From NCBI GenBank assembly GCA_038748225.1, contig JBCDJC010000036.1, positions 6,261 through 30,260 of the forward strand: 24,000 nt of DNA, read 5' to 3'. The notes below the pieces were generated by a model, which did not search any database, was not told where the DNA came from, and saw nothing but the letters and a program-made list of their open reading frames with translations. The position numbers and the translations under genes were made by a program. Shown piece after piece: positions 7,584 through 20,743 of this stretch; position 1 is the stretch's first letter, and every line of letters starts with the position of its first letter. Origin of the DNA: Cyanobacteria bacterium P01_H01_bin.26 (lineage in GTDB: Bacteria > Cyanobacteriota > Cyanobacteriia > Phormidesmidales > Phormidesmidaceae).

Positions 7584-8069
7584 CTAGCTGAGGCCAGAGC
7601 AGATGTAGTCGAAGTAAACACCCATTTCCTTACCAGCATCAGCGCCAACAAGACCAGCGGTTACCTCTTTCATGGCCTGAATTGCCTGAACAGTAGCACC
7701 AACAGGTACACCCAGAGAGTTGTAGGTTTCCTTCAGACCGTTGAGTACACGCTCATCGAGAATGGAAGGATCGCCAGCCAACATAGCGTAGGTGGAATAG
7801 CGAAGATAGTAGTCCAAGTCGCGAATGCAAGCAGCATAGCGACGGGTGGTGTACATGTTGCCACCAGGACGAGTGATATCGGAGTACAGCAGCGCTTTAG
7901 CTACCGCATCCTTAACGATTTCAGAGGCATTGGCACCAATGGCAGTGGCGGCGCGAACACGCAGCTCACCGGTCTGGAAGTAAGCAGCCAGCTTATCCAT
8001 AGAGGACTGATCAAGGTACTTACCCTGAACGTCCGAAGAATTAATTACAGAAGTAATCGCGTCTTGCAT
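7584..8069 (-). CDS. apcB: Allophycocyanin beta subunit
   Basis: The 161-aa sequence [27 protein letters not shown]...[46 protein letters not shown] is the canonical ApcB sequence, including the bilin-binding Cys in AACIRD. Confidence 0.98.
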   Translation of the reverse strand: MQDAITSVINSSDVQGKYLDQSSMDKLAAYFQTGELRVRAATAIGANASEIVKDAVAKALLYSDITRPGGNMYTTRRYAACIRDLDYYLRYSTYAMLAGDPSILDERVLNGLKETYNSLGVPVGATVQAIQAMKEVTAGLVGADAGKEMGVYFDYICSGLS

Positions 8070-8144
8070 AGTCTGTATTCCTTAGTGAAATTTGACGATG
8101 TGGCTCAACAATGTGATGGGCAATTGAGGTAACTCAATCTAGAA

Positions 8145-8630
8145 CTACAGCATTGCGCCCACAACATAATCGAAGTAGGAAGAGGCCTCAGCTGCATCGT
8201 CACCAGATAGCAGAGAAGATGCAACGCTCTTCATAAAGCGAATTGAATCAGCCACAGCAGGAATAGACGTTCCTAAGGAGTTGTACATCTCCTTGGCACC
8301 CACTAGACCGATCTCCTCAATGGGAGTAACATCACCAGCAACAATACCGTAGGTGATCAGACGTAGGTAGTAGTCCATGTCACGTAGGCAAGTTGCCGTC
8401 ATTTCTTCACCATAGGCGTTGCCACCGGGGGAGACAACGTCAGGGCGCTTTTGAAAAAGCTGGTCACCAGCTTGCTTAATAATTCGCTCGCGGGACTCGG
8501 TTAAAACCTGGGCAATGCGAAGACGACGCTCACCCGAGCCAACAAACCCCTTGATACGATCAAGTTCGCCGGGGCTCAAGTAGCGAGCCTCAGCATCAGC
8601 GTTCACGATGGATTTCGTGACAATACTCAT
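8145..8630 (-). CDS. apcA: Allophycocyanin alpha subunit
   Basis: The 161-aa sequence [30 protein letters not shown]...[32 protein letters not shown] is the canonical ApcA sequence with the bilin-binding Cys in ATCLRD. Confidence 0.98.
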   Translation of the reverse strand: MSIVTKSIVNADAEARYLSPGELDRIKGFVGSGERRLRIAQVLTESRERIIKQAGDQLFQKRPDVVSPGGNAYGEEMTATCLRDMDYYLRLITYGIVAGDVTPIEEIGLVGAKEMYNSLGTSIPAVADSIRFMKSVASSLLSGDDAAEASSYFDYVVGAML

Positions 8631-9023
8631 TTATGGATTCCTCCGAAAGAATATAACCAGACAAATCACCTGGCTTTCACCTTCAAGGAGCTGAACCGTA
8701 CCCACTTAAAACAGAAAGTGAGTAAAGTAGCCCCTACTTACTTTAACTCCGAATCAAGCGGGCATCCTATTCGCTGGTGCAACGCTTAATTCGACAATCG
8801 AAGCACGCCAAATATTGGCCAGATTCTACGAATCCTTAATGTCAGCTCAGCTGCCTTCCGAGAGTATTTTCCGGCATTCAGCTGACTTTCTAAGGGAATG
8901 TGAAACATTTTGTAACACTAGTCCTCAGAATTGTGGGTCTAAAGGGCCGTGCTAAATCAAAAAAGAGCGCTGTGCCACCAGATTCACCACTATAGAAAAC
9001 CATAGCCATGGGGAATAGACACC

Positions 9024-9067
9024 AAAAAAACACTGCCAAGTGTGCTGAAGTAAAACCCCAGCACACT
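9024..9067 (-). terminator. Candidate terminator downstream of apcE
   Basis: A 9-bp stem, agtgtgctg (9039-9047) / cagcacact (9059-9067), starts 49 nt after the apcE stop. An alternative small hairpin is acact/agtgt (9030-9043). On the minus strand these are followed by a U-run (complement of the A7 run at 9024-9030). The geometry is less canonical than the apcC terminator. Confidence 0.45.
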
Positions 9068-9115
9068 AGTAGTGATGATATCTAGACAAGCTGATTAATT
9101 AACAGACTGTCTGGT

Positions 9116-11833
<2,718 letters not shown>

Positions 11834-12310
11834 TCAAAGGCTCCCTTCTAATAGTTATTGCAATAGGTGATTGCAGCAGACCCTTTCCTCAGCGCCGAAC
11901 AGCTCAGATCTAAAGAGCGATCCAAGAGCAGTGGTTAGTACCAGCAGGTAGCGCGACGGGCCCATTGGCTCTTACAACAGTTCCAGATTAAAACGATTAG
12001 GGAACGTCATGATGATGTCTCAAGAGTGTGTAACATCTTGTTATTAGCCAATGGAAGCCATCATAAAAGACAGCGGGCTGATGGATGAGAGAAAAGATAA
12101 GTTTTGTTACCTGAACTTACAAAATATTTTCAAATTACTTTCTAAACGTTATCAGGCTGGAATCTGGATTGTGAGGTCGCGCAACCCCATCACCTGAATA
12201 TCCCCTTGCCCTGGCGTTGGCCCAGAGCCATTAGATGACCCGCCATAGCGTCCGCTAAGGGAAAACGCCATTGGAGCCAGCAAACCTCAAAACCCAACCC
12301 TACGTTCTCC

Positions 12311-13528
12311 ATGACTTCCGAAAATGAAGCTGCCGTCAGCGCAGCGGTTGCCAAGCTTTACGATACCTACCCCTTTCCCCCTGAGCCCCTTATTGATGAA
12401 CCACCCCCCGGCTACAACTGGCGCTGGCACTGGCCGTCTGCCTACAGCTTTTGTACCGGACGCGCCCCCAATAGCACCAGCATCAAAATCCTTGATGCTG
12501 GCTGTGGCTCAGGGGTTAGCACCGAGTATCTGGTACATCTCAATCCCGAAGCCCAGGTAACTGGCATCGACCTCAGCGCTGGCACCCTAGAGGTAGCCCA
12601 AGAACGCTGTCAGCGCTCGGGAGCCGACCGGGCCACCTTCCAACAGCTCAGCATCTATGACGTGGACCAAATAGAGGGGCAGTTCGAGCTGATTAACTGT
12701 GTGGGGGTACTACACCATATGCCTGACCCGATTCGCGGGCTTCAAGCCCTGGCGACCAAGCTAGCACCGGGAGGGATATTGCACATATTTGTGTACGCCG
12801 CCCTGGGTCGTTGGGAAATTTCCCTCATGCAGCAAGCCATCGCCATGCTCCAGGGTGAGCGGCGCGGCGACTACCGCGACGGGGTCCATGTGGGACGGCA
12901 GCTATTTAATTCACTTCCTGAAAACAACCGTATTGTCAAGCGCGACAAAGAGCGCTGGGCGCTGGAAAACCATCGGGACGAATGCTTTGCGGACATGTAC
13001 GTCCACCCCCAGGAAGTGGACTACACCATTGATACACTATTCGAATTAATTGATGCCTCGGGTTTAGAATTTGTCGGTTTTTCAAATCCTCGCTACTGGG
13101 ATCTAAATCGACTCATTGGTAAATCCCCCGATGTTATGGAGCGGGCCCAGGCATTAGGAGTCCGCGAGCAGTACCGTTTGATTGAACTCCTAGACCCTGA
13201 ATTGACCCACTATGAGTTTTTTCTAAGCCGCCCCCCCCTTGCCAAAACTGACTGGTCAGACAGCGCAGCCCTGATGAGCGCCGCTCCCAGCCGACATCCT
13301 TGTATGTCGGGCTGGCCTGCCCAGCGGTTCTTTGATTACGACTATCAGCTAGTGACCGTCACAGATGCTGAATACAGGTTTCTAAATCGCTGTGCAGAGC
13401 CCGGTGAGACAGCCGCTGAAACCGTAGCAGACTTAATAGCCGAAACAGACATCACCCCCGATGACGTTCGGTCGCTACAGAGCAGACAGCTGATTGTGCT
13501 GTCGCCTACGATACCCACCTCCCGTTAA
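12311..13528 (+). CDS. Class I SAM-dependent methyltransferase with a ~220-aa C-terminal extension
   Basis: 405-aa ORF with an ATG start. Motif I is ILDAGCGSGVSTEYL, followed by VTGIDLS (acidic loop), ELINCVGVLHHMPDP and LAPGGILHIFVY, the typical Rossmann-fold methyltransferase motif order. The substrate cannot be inferred. Confidence 0.85.
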   Translation: MTSENEAAVSAAVAKLYDTYPFPPEPLIDEPPPGYNWRWHWPSAYSFCTGRAPNSTSIKILDAGCGSGVSTEYLVHLNPEAQVTGIDLSAGTLEVAQERCQRSGADRATFQQLSIYDVDQIEGQFELINCVGVLHHMPDPIRGLQALATKLAPGGILHIFVYAALGRWEISLMQQAIAMLQGERRGDYRDGVHVGRQLFNSLPENNRIVKRDKERWALENHRDECFADMYVHPQEVDYTIDTLFELIDASGLEFVGFSNPRYWDLNRLIGKSPDVMERAQALGVREQYRLIELLDPELTHYEFFLSRPPLAKTDWSDSAALMSAAPSRHPCMSGWPAQRFFDYDYQLVTVTDAEYRFLNRCAEPGETAAETVADLIAETDITPDDVRSLQSRQLIVLSPTIPTSR

Positions 13529-13657
13529 CCCAGCAAAGAGCTTGCTAAATACAACTCATAGGTATTAGTGCCGTGATATGATCTGCCGTGGCTTAGATGC
13601 CAGTTTTAGCAACTGCTGCTGGTGTTTTAGCCCTGGCTTCTACGTATTAGAGTACCT

Positions 13658-14110
13658 GTGACTTCTCCTGAAGAAGCCGTTGAGGCCCAAACAAGTCAAG
13701 ATTCAGCCGTTATCTCTGCGGATCTACCTCCCGCTTCTGACAGAGCCATGGGAGACTACTTTCGTCTCCAGCAAAATTTGCTGCTGACAACCTTGGGGTT
13801 AACGGCATTTATCTTTGTCTCCGTTTGGATAGCCTACTCCCTGCACATAGCCCTGAATTATTTGATAGGGGCGTGCGTTGGTGTGGTTTACTTAAGAATG
13901 CTGGCGAAAAGCGTGGCCGAACTGGGTCGCGAACGTAGCAAGCTGGGCAGCGGTCGGCTAGCCATTTTTATTGGGTTGATGATTTTTGCAACTCAGTATC
14001 AGCAGCTAGAGATAGTACCGGTTTTTCTTGGCTTCCTTACCTATAAGGCTGCTCTGATCAGTTACACGCTGTGGACATCAGTTTTGCCTGAGTCAATGGC
14101 TCAAGAATAA
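13658..14110 (+). CDS. atpI: ATP synthase protein I (cyanobacterial atp1), first gene of the operon
   Basis: This small hydrophobic protein lies directly upstream of the F0 a-subunit gene. The core LNYLIGACVGVVYLRMLAKSV...FLGFLTYKAAL resembles cyanobacterial Atp1. The track ORF starts at GTG 13658. The ATG at 13748 (MGDYFRLQQNL..., 120 aa) gives a length more typical of the family and may be the true start. Confidence 0.8.
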   Translation: MTSPEEAVEAQTSQDSAVISADLPPASDRAMGDYFRLQQNLLLTTLGLTAFIFVSVWIAYSLHIALNYLIGACVGVVYLRMLAKSVAELGRERSKLGSGRLAIFIGLMIFATQYQQLEIVPVFLGFLTYKAALISYTLWTSVLPESMAQE

Positions 14111-14166
14111 AGGCAATTTCCGGTTTCCGTGGGCATCTGCGAAAAAAATTAAGATTCTAGGCGGAG

Positions 14167-14913
14167 ATGTTGAACGCATTTAATTTCCCAACCCCTCTAC
14201 TAGCTGAGCTGGAGGTCGGTCAGCACTGGTTCTGGCACATCGGTGGACTCAAGGTCCACGGCCAGGTTTTTTTGACGACCTGGTTTGTTGCAGCTGTTCT
14301 TATTCTGGTTTCTGTTTTAGCTACCCGTAAGGTTGCTCGTATCCCCTCCGGGCTACAAAACCTGATGGAGTTTGCCCTCGAATTTATTCGGGACCTGGCT
14401 AAGGACCAGATCGGCGAGAAGGAATATCGGCCCTGGGTTCCTTTTGTGGGGACACTGTTTTTATTCATCTTTGTCTCTAATTGGTCGGGCGCCCTGGTGC
14501 CCTGGAAGCTGCTTCATATTCCAGCGAGTGAACTGGCCGCACCAACAAATGATATTAATACGACTGTTGCATTGGCGCTGTTGACATCTTTAGCCTATTT
14601 CTATGCAGGGTTTAAAGAGCGTGGTCTAGGCTATTTTGCAAAATACATTGAGCCCACGCCAATTTTGCTGCCAATCAACATTCTGGAAGATTTCACCAAG
14701 CCTCTTTCGCTAAGTTTCCGTTTGTTTGGAAACATTCTGGCGGATGAGCTAGTTGTAGCTGTGCTTGTTTTGCTGGTACCTCTTTTTGTGCCCTTACCCG
14801 TTATGTTACTGGGTTTGTTCACAAGTGCAATTCAGGCATTGATTTTTGCTACTCTAGCCGCTGCCTATATTGGCGAAGCGATTGAGGGCCACGGTGGAGA
14901 AGAGCATGGATAG
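14167..14913 (+). CDS. atpB: F0F1 ATP synthase subunit a
   Basis: 248 aa, multi-pass membrane protein. It has the conserved [17 protein letters not shown] motif (essential Arg) and an N-terminus typical of cyanobacteria and chloroplasts ([20 protein letters not shown]). Cyanobacterial synonym: atpI. Confidence 0.96.
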   Translation: MLNAFNFPTPLLAELEVGQHWFWHIGGLKVHGQVFLTTWFVAAVLILVSVLATRKVARIPSGLQNLMEFALEFIRDLAKDQIGEKEYRPWVPFVGTLFLFIFVSNWSGALVPWKLLHIPASELAAPTNDINTTVALALLTSLAYFYAGFKERGLGYFAKYIEPTPILLPINILEDFTKPLSLSFRLFGNILADELVVAVLVLLVPLFVPLPVMLLGLFTSAIQALIFATLAAAYIGEAIEGHGGEEHG

Positions 14914-15042
14914 CCTCTGATTGGAGGCATCCAGTTGGGATTTGACGTTGGGTCATCTCCTACTTGGTTAGGGCTAGCACTTTCAACTAGCTTCTGACGG
15001 TTTTGAGAGGAGCTAATTCCTCGTTTTGGGCGACTTGCTTAG

Positions 15043-15324
<282 letters not shown>

Positions 15325-15339
15325 GTAACGTTTCAGAGG

Positions 15340-15362
15340 GGGAGATAGTTAGGTTATCTCCC
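15340..15362 (+). other. Stem-loop immediately downstream of atpE (c subunit); candidate attenuator or mRNA-stabilising hairpin
   Basis: An 8-bp stem, gggagata (15340-15347) / tatctccc (15355-15362), has a 7-nt loop and is followed by the T-rich ttctgtttgtttgg. It starts 16 nt after the atpE stop, within a 192-nt spacer before atpF2. Confidence 0.45.
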
Positions 15363-15516
15363 TTCTGTTTGTTTGGCATTGCTGATTTTAGACCGATTGG
15401 GATATGTTCTGCGTTGGGCCTTTGGTGGCTATCGAGAGCCTATTTATCCAAACAGGTTTGTTTTATTGGCGACATGTTTTCTGTTATGGCGGTCCCAGAA
15501 GATTTGGGCATAGAAC

Positions 15517-16002
15517 GTGATGATAACTGGTGTAATGCTATTTGCGGTCGAAGCTGCAGCTGAGGAAGCTGGTGGTTTATTCGACCTTGATGCAACGCTG
15601 CCCCTAATGGCTATTCAGTTTGCTCTGTTAGCTATTATTTTGAATGCGGTTTTTTACAAGCCTTTAGGCAATGCCATCGATGAGCGCGACGGATACGTCC
15701 GTTCAACAACGGCGGATGCTGAAGAGCGTTTGGCTAAGGCCGAGCAGCTGGCTCAGGACTATGAGCAAGCCCTGGCTGGTGCTCGCCGCGAGGCCAAGCA
15801 GCTGGTCGAGGAGGCCCAGGCCGAGGCTCAAAAAATAGGTGCTCAAACGATGGCGTCTGCTCAAGCCGAGGCTCAAGCACAGCGAGAAGCTGCGCAAAAG
15901 GAGCTGGATAGCCAGAAACAGTCGGCCATGGCTGCGTTGGAGCAGCAGGTTGATGCGCTGAGTCAGCAGATACTCAGCAAGCTGCTGGGGGCGGCAGCTT
16001 AG
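15517..16002 (+). CDS. atpF2: F0F1 ATP synthase subunit b-prime
   Basis: [43 protein letters not shown] is the characteristic b-prime N-terminus, followed by an Ala/Gln/Glu-rich coiled coil. The start is GTG 15517 or the adjacent ATG 15520. Cyanobacterial synonym: atpG. Confidence 0.92.
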   Translation: MMITGVMLFAVEAAAEEAGGLFDLDATLPLMAIQFALLAIILNAVFYKPLGNAIDERDGYVRSTTADAEERLAKAEQLAQDYEQALAGARREAKQLVEEAQAEAQKIGAQTMASAQAEAQAQREAAQKELDSQKQSAMAALEQQVDALSQQILSKLLGAAA

Positions 16003-16087
16003 ATTTTTGGGGCGCGCCTGAGAGCGCGCCGTAGGGCGGGGTGATACCGCCAGTGGTAATTTGGCCGTTTGGCAGGCGCAGTTTGGG

Positions 16088-16621
16088 ATGGAGCATATGG
16101 AGACAGTCTGGTTGCTTGCTTCGGAGGAAGGTGGCTTTGGGCTAAACCTCGACATTCTGGAGACAAATTTAATTAACCTCGTCATCATCATTGGCGTACT
16201 GGTTTATTTTGGCAGTAGCTTTCTCGGCAAAATTTTGTCGGAGCGTCGGAGCACAATTGAAGCTGCCATCAAAGGGGCTGAAGAGCGTCAGAAAAAGGCG
16301 TCTAGCGCTTTGGTTCAACAGCAAAAAAACTTGAAAGAGGCTAAATCTCAGGCGGAGCAGATTAAGTCTGAAGCTCAGGCAAATGCTCAAAAAGCCCGTG
16401 CGGCACTGTTGGCCCAGGCTGACAAAGATGTCGAACGGATGAGAGCGTCGGCACAGCAGGATTTGACCAGCCAACAGGAGCGCGCTATGCGAGAGCTTAG
16501 ACAGCGGGTGGCGGCTTTGGCCTTGGAGAAAGTGGAGGCTGATTTGCCTAACGCTCTGACCGCCGAGGTGCAGACGAAGTTAGTTGATCAAAGTATTGCT
16601 CTGCTTGGAGGTGAGTCATGA
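16088..16621 (+). CDS. atpF: F0F1 ATP synthase subunit b
   Basis: [46 protein letters not shown] matches cyanobacterial subunit b. I prefer ATG 16088 ([10 protein letters not shown]...); the track ORF begins at TTG 16061. Its stop overlaps the atpH start (ATGA at 16618-16621). Confidence 0.9.
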   Translation: MEHMETVWLLASEEGGFGLNLDILETNLINLVIIIGVLVYFGSSFLGKILSERRSTIEAAIKGAEERQKKASSALVQQQKNLKEAKSQAEQIKSEAQANAQKARAALLAQADKDVERMRASAQQDLTSQQERAMRELRQRVAALALEKVEADLPNALTAEVQTKLVDQSIALLGGES

Positions 16622-17175
16622 GTGCTAGCGCTGTTACCAGCGAGGTTGCCGAGCCCTATGCTCGGGCTTTGCTGTCTCTAACTCAGGATAAAGGGGTTAC
16701 AGACGAAGTCAATGGCGTGGCCGGGGAGGTTCTAGATCTGTTGGAACAGTCCCAGGAGCTAGTTGATTTTCTGACAAATCCCTTGACCTCTGCCGATACG
16801 AAAAAGGGTGTCATCAAGCAAATATTGGGAGACAGTGCCAACCCTTACTTTCTCAACTTCTTGCAGCTGTTGGTGGACCGTGGCCGGGCCGCCTTGCTGG
16901 TCCCGGTGTTGGGTCAGTTTCAGGCGCTGGTCAGGGAGGTGAATCAAACCGTACTGGCCGAGGTGACGTCAGCCGTCGAGCTTTCTGACGCTCAGAAGGA
17001 TTCGATTCGTCAGAGGGTGATATCGATGACCGATGCTAGAGCGGTTGAATTGAGCACTCGTTTGGATGCCGGCTTACTAGGTGGCGTCATTATTAAAGTT
17101 GGCTCCCAAGTGGTGGATGCCAGCTTACGTGGACAGCTGCGGCGCATTGGTATTCAGCTGGGCAGTGGCGCCTAG
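16618..17175 (+). CDS. atpH: F0F1 ATP synthase subunit delta (OSCP)
   Basis: 185 aa. The sequence [12 protein letters not shown]...[13 protein letters not shown]...[23 protein letters not shown] has the typical delta/OSCP pattern. It is translationally coupled to atpF. Cyanobacterial synonym: atpD. Confidence 0.94.
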   Translation: MSASAVTSEVAEPYARALLSLTQDKGVTDEVNGVAGEVLDLLEQSQELVDFLTNPLTSADTKKGVIKQILGDSANPYFLNFLQLLVDRGRAALLVPVLGQFQALVREVNQTVLAEVTSAVELSDAQKDSIRQRVISMTDARAVELSTRLDAGLLGGVIIKVGSQVVDASLRGQLRRIGIQLGSGA

Positions 17176-17233
17176 CAGCCGACGCGGGCGTACCGCTGAT
17201 GGTGAGTTTAAGTGATTTTTTGTTGATATCTGA

Positions 17234-18766
<1,533 letters not shown>

Positions 18767-18780
18767 GAGGGATTGGCTCA

Positions 18781-18811
18781 GCCCTCTAGATGCCCACGGC
18801 ATCTAGAGGGC
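18781..18811 (+). other. Perfect 14-bp inverted repeat (stem-loop) in the atpA-atpG spacer
   Basis: gccctctagatgcc (18781-18794) and ggcatctagagggc (18798-18811) are exact reverse complements separated by 3 nt (cac). No U-run follows, so this is not a canonical terminator. It lies 15 nt after the atpA stop and 20 nt before the atpG start. Confidence 0.6.
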
Positions 18812-18830
18812 AAGCCGATAAATAACGCAT

Positions 18831-19775
18831 ATGGCTAATCTCAAATTTATTCGTGACCGAATCAAGTCGGTCAAAAACACTCGAAAAATCACCGAAGCCA
18901 TGCGACTAGTCGCGGCGGCAAAGGTGCGGCGAGCCCAGGAGCAGGTGGAAACCACCCGGCCTTTTGCGGATCGTCTAGCCCAGGTATTTTACGGTCTCCA
19001 AACCCGGCTAAAGTTTGAAGACGCGAACTTGCCTCTGCTGCAGACGCGGGACATTAGGAATGTTGGATTGGTTGTGATCTCAGCCGACCGGGGTCTGTGC
19101 GGCGGCTATAACAGCAACATCATTCGGCGAGCTGAAAATCGGGCCAAGGAGTTAGAGGCGGCTGGTATTGGCTATCAAATGATTTTGGTTGGGCGCAAAG
19201 CGATCAAATATTTCAAGGGTCGGGACTATCCCATCGATTCTACTTTCGATAGTTTGGAGCAAATTCCCACAGCGGAAGAGGCTTCTCAAATTGCCGATCA
19301 GGCCCTGTCTCTATTTTTGTCAGGTGAGGCCGATCGCGTAGAGCTTATCTTTACAAAGTTTGTATCTTTGGTGAGTTCTCGCCCGGTCACCCAGACGCTG
19401 CTTCCCCTTGACCCTGAGGGTCTAGATAAAGAAGACGAAGTTTTTCGTTTGACCAGCCGTGGTGGCCGTCTTCAAGTAGAGCGGGATGCCGTTGAGACAG
19501 AACAAAAGCAGCTACCCCAGGATATGATTTTCGAGCAAGATCCGGTGCAAATTTTAGATGCGCTGCTGCCGCTGTATCTGAATAACCAGCTTTTGCGCGC
19601 TCTGCAGGAATCAGCGGCTAGCGAACTGGCGGCCCGGATGACCGCCATGAATAATGCCAGTGAAAACGCCAGCGAGCTGGTTAAGTCCTTGACCCTTGAC
19701 TACAACAAGGCTCGCCAGGCCGCCATTACCCAGGAAATTCTGGAGGTTGTGGGTGGTGCAGAAGCCCTCGGCTAG
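18831..19775 (+). CDS. atpG: F0F1 ATP synthase subunit gamma
   Basis: 314 aa. The N-terminus is [36 protein letters not shown] and the C-terminus is [27 protein letters not shown]. It contains the insertion typical of cyanobacteria and chloroplasts ([24 protein letters not shown]...) but no Cys pair. Cyanobacterial synonym: atpC. Confidence 0.97.
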   Translation: MANLKFIRDRIKSVKNTRKITEAMRLVAAAKVRRAQEQVETTRPFADRLAQVFYGLQTRLKFEDANLPLLQTRDIRNVGLVVISADRGLCGGYNSNIIRRAENRAKELEAAGIGYQMILVGRKAIKYFKGRDYPIDSTFDSLEQIPTAEEASQIADQALSLFLSGEADRVELIFTKFVSLVSSRPVTQTLLPLDPEGLDKEDEVFRLTSRGGRLQVERDAVETEQKQLPQDMIFEQDPVQILDALLPLYLNNQLLRALQESAASELAARMTAMNNASENASELVKSLTLDYNKARQAAITQEILEVVGGAEALG

Positions 19776-19842
19776 GCCATTGGGCTTCTATGCATAGAAG
19801 CCACACGGTTGAGCGAACCTCAGTTTTAACCCCATATTTATT

Positions 19843-19868
19843 GGCAGTGCTACGGCACTGCCTTTTTT
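19843..19868 (+). terminator. Rho-independent terminator of the ATP synthase operon
   Basis: An 8-bp stem, ggcagtgc (19843-19850) / gcactgcc (19855-19862), has the loop tacg and is followed by TTTTTTG (19863-19869). It is preceded by a 20-nt perfect palindrome, ggcttctatgcatagaagcc (19783-19802), just after the atpG stop. Confidence 0.85.
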
Positions 19869-19954
19869 GTTAAATCAGCAGTCATATTTTCCCTTTTTGG
19901 GAAAAGGCTATATCCTGAACGGTAATCAACAGTCGCAGACGGTCTTGAGCGATT

Positions 19955-20407
19955 ATGGTCAACGAAGTATCTCAGTGGCTAGCAGAGATTCAAACCTTAC
20001 AGCAAAAGCTGCGTGAGCTAGGTCAAGAACGTGACCAAGCCTATGCTAGTGCGGCCAACTGGCGTAAGCTTTATGAGTCTGAGTCCGAACAGCGCCGCAG
20101 TGATTCGGAAAGCAGCCAACGACGGCTTCGTACTTTGGCCCATGAGCTGGAGATGTTTAAGCAGGGGTCCCATGGAGGAGAAACCTCCCGCGACCTAGGG
20201 CAGACCCTGGCCCAGGTAGAGCAGGTTGAGTCGTTAGAAGATCTGCGATCGCAGCTGATTGACGCCCTCACCCTAAACGATCGGCTCTCCAACGCCCTCA
20301 AAGCAGAACAGTCAGCCCATGAAGAAACCCGTCAAAGTCTGACTACGGCATTGGGAGACACTATTGACCTGCTAGCCAAAGAATCTTCCTCTCCAACAGA
20401 GGCTTAG
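19955..20407 (+). CDS. Hypothetical coiled-coil protein
   Basis: 150-aa ORF with an ATG start. It has heptad-like charged helical sequence (WLAEIQTLQQKLRELGQERDQAYASAANWRKLYESESEQRR), contains a HIP1 site and has coding-like composition. I recognise no catalytic motif. Confidence 0.7.
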   Translation: MVNEVSQWLAEIQTLQQKLRELGQERDQAYASAANWRKLYESESEQRRSDSESSQRRLRTLAHELEMFKQGSHGGETSRDLGQTLAQVEQVESLEDLRSQLIDALTLNDRLSNALKAEQSAHEETRQSLTTALGDTIDLLAKESSSPTEA

Positions 20408-20743
20408 CCGTCTCTAGGCTGAGCCTAGGTAAGGTAGCACCAGCTAAACCGTATCAGATCGTTGTTAGCGACGGTTAAACCAGAGTTAACCTGCCCGCAA
20501 CTGAATATTTACTCCGCACGCCTAAGCTACTTGCGGGTGCTTAATGTGTCAACTGATATTCAGCACCTGCGTATATTGACTTAGAACCCATCTGCTCAGC
20601 AGCCAGTGTTGGGCAATGTGCCGCTCGCGCTAATTTTAGACGTCTGCATAGGCCAACTGGGCCGGGCGAGCCAAGGGGCTTGTCCAACTGAGCAATGTAA
20701 TCCAAGTCAATCTCCAACTGTTCGCTTGTGGAGGGTTCAATTA

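Noticed and set aside
8915-8943. Candidate sigma70-type promoter for apcA on the minus strand (TTTAGA - 17 nt - TAGTGT)
   Set aside because: It matches only 4/6 and 3/6 of the consensus hexamers. Comparable matches are likely elsewhere in the 485-nt spacer, so it is not reportable as a feature without TSS data.
11856-11865. 10-bp palindrome tattgcaata in the apcE 5' leader
   Set aside because: It is short and AT-rich, so such a palindrome is expected by chance, and nothing else suggests an operator.
15369-15563. 64-aa plus-strand ORF in the atpE-atpF2 spacer
   Set aside because: It has a non-ATG start and runs into and overlaps the atpF2 start in another frame. It has no motif, and the region is better explained as an untranslated spacer.
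15703-16474. Minus-strand ORFs (15703-16191, 162 aa; 16169-16474, 101 aa) antisense to atpF2/atpF
   Set aside because: They are antisense to Ala/Gln/Glu-rich coiled-coil coding sequence (GCN/CAG/GAG), which lacks stop codons on the opposite strand. The products are Leu/Ser/Arg-rich low-complexity sequences, and the sense genes are unambiguous.
20606-20743. 46-codon N-terminal extension of the Na/Pi-cotransporter ORF from GTG 20606
   Set aside because: The extension (MLGNVPLALILDVCIGQLGRASQGACPTEQCNPSQ...) is unlike the family N-terminus. The ATG at 20744 has a GGAGG ribosome-binding site and starts just before the first transmembrane segment.
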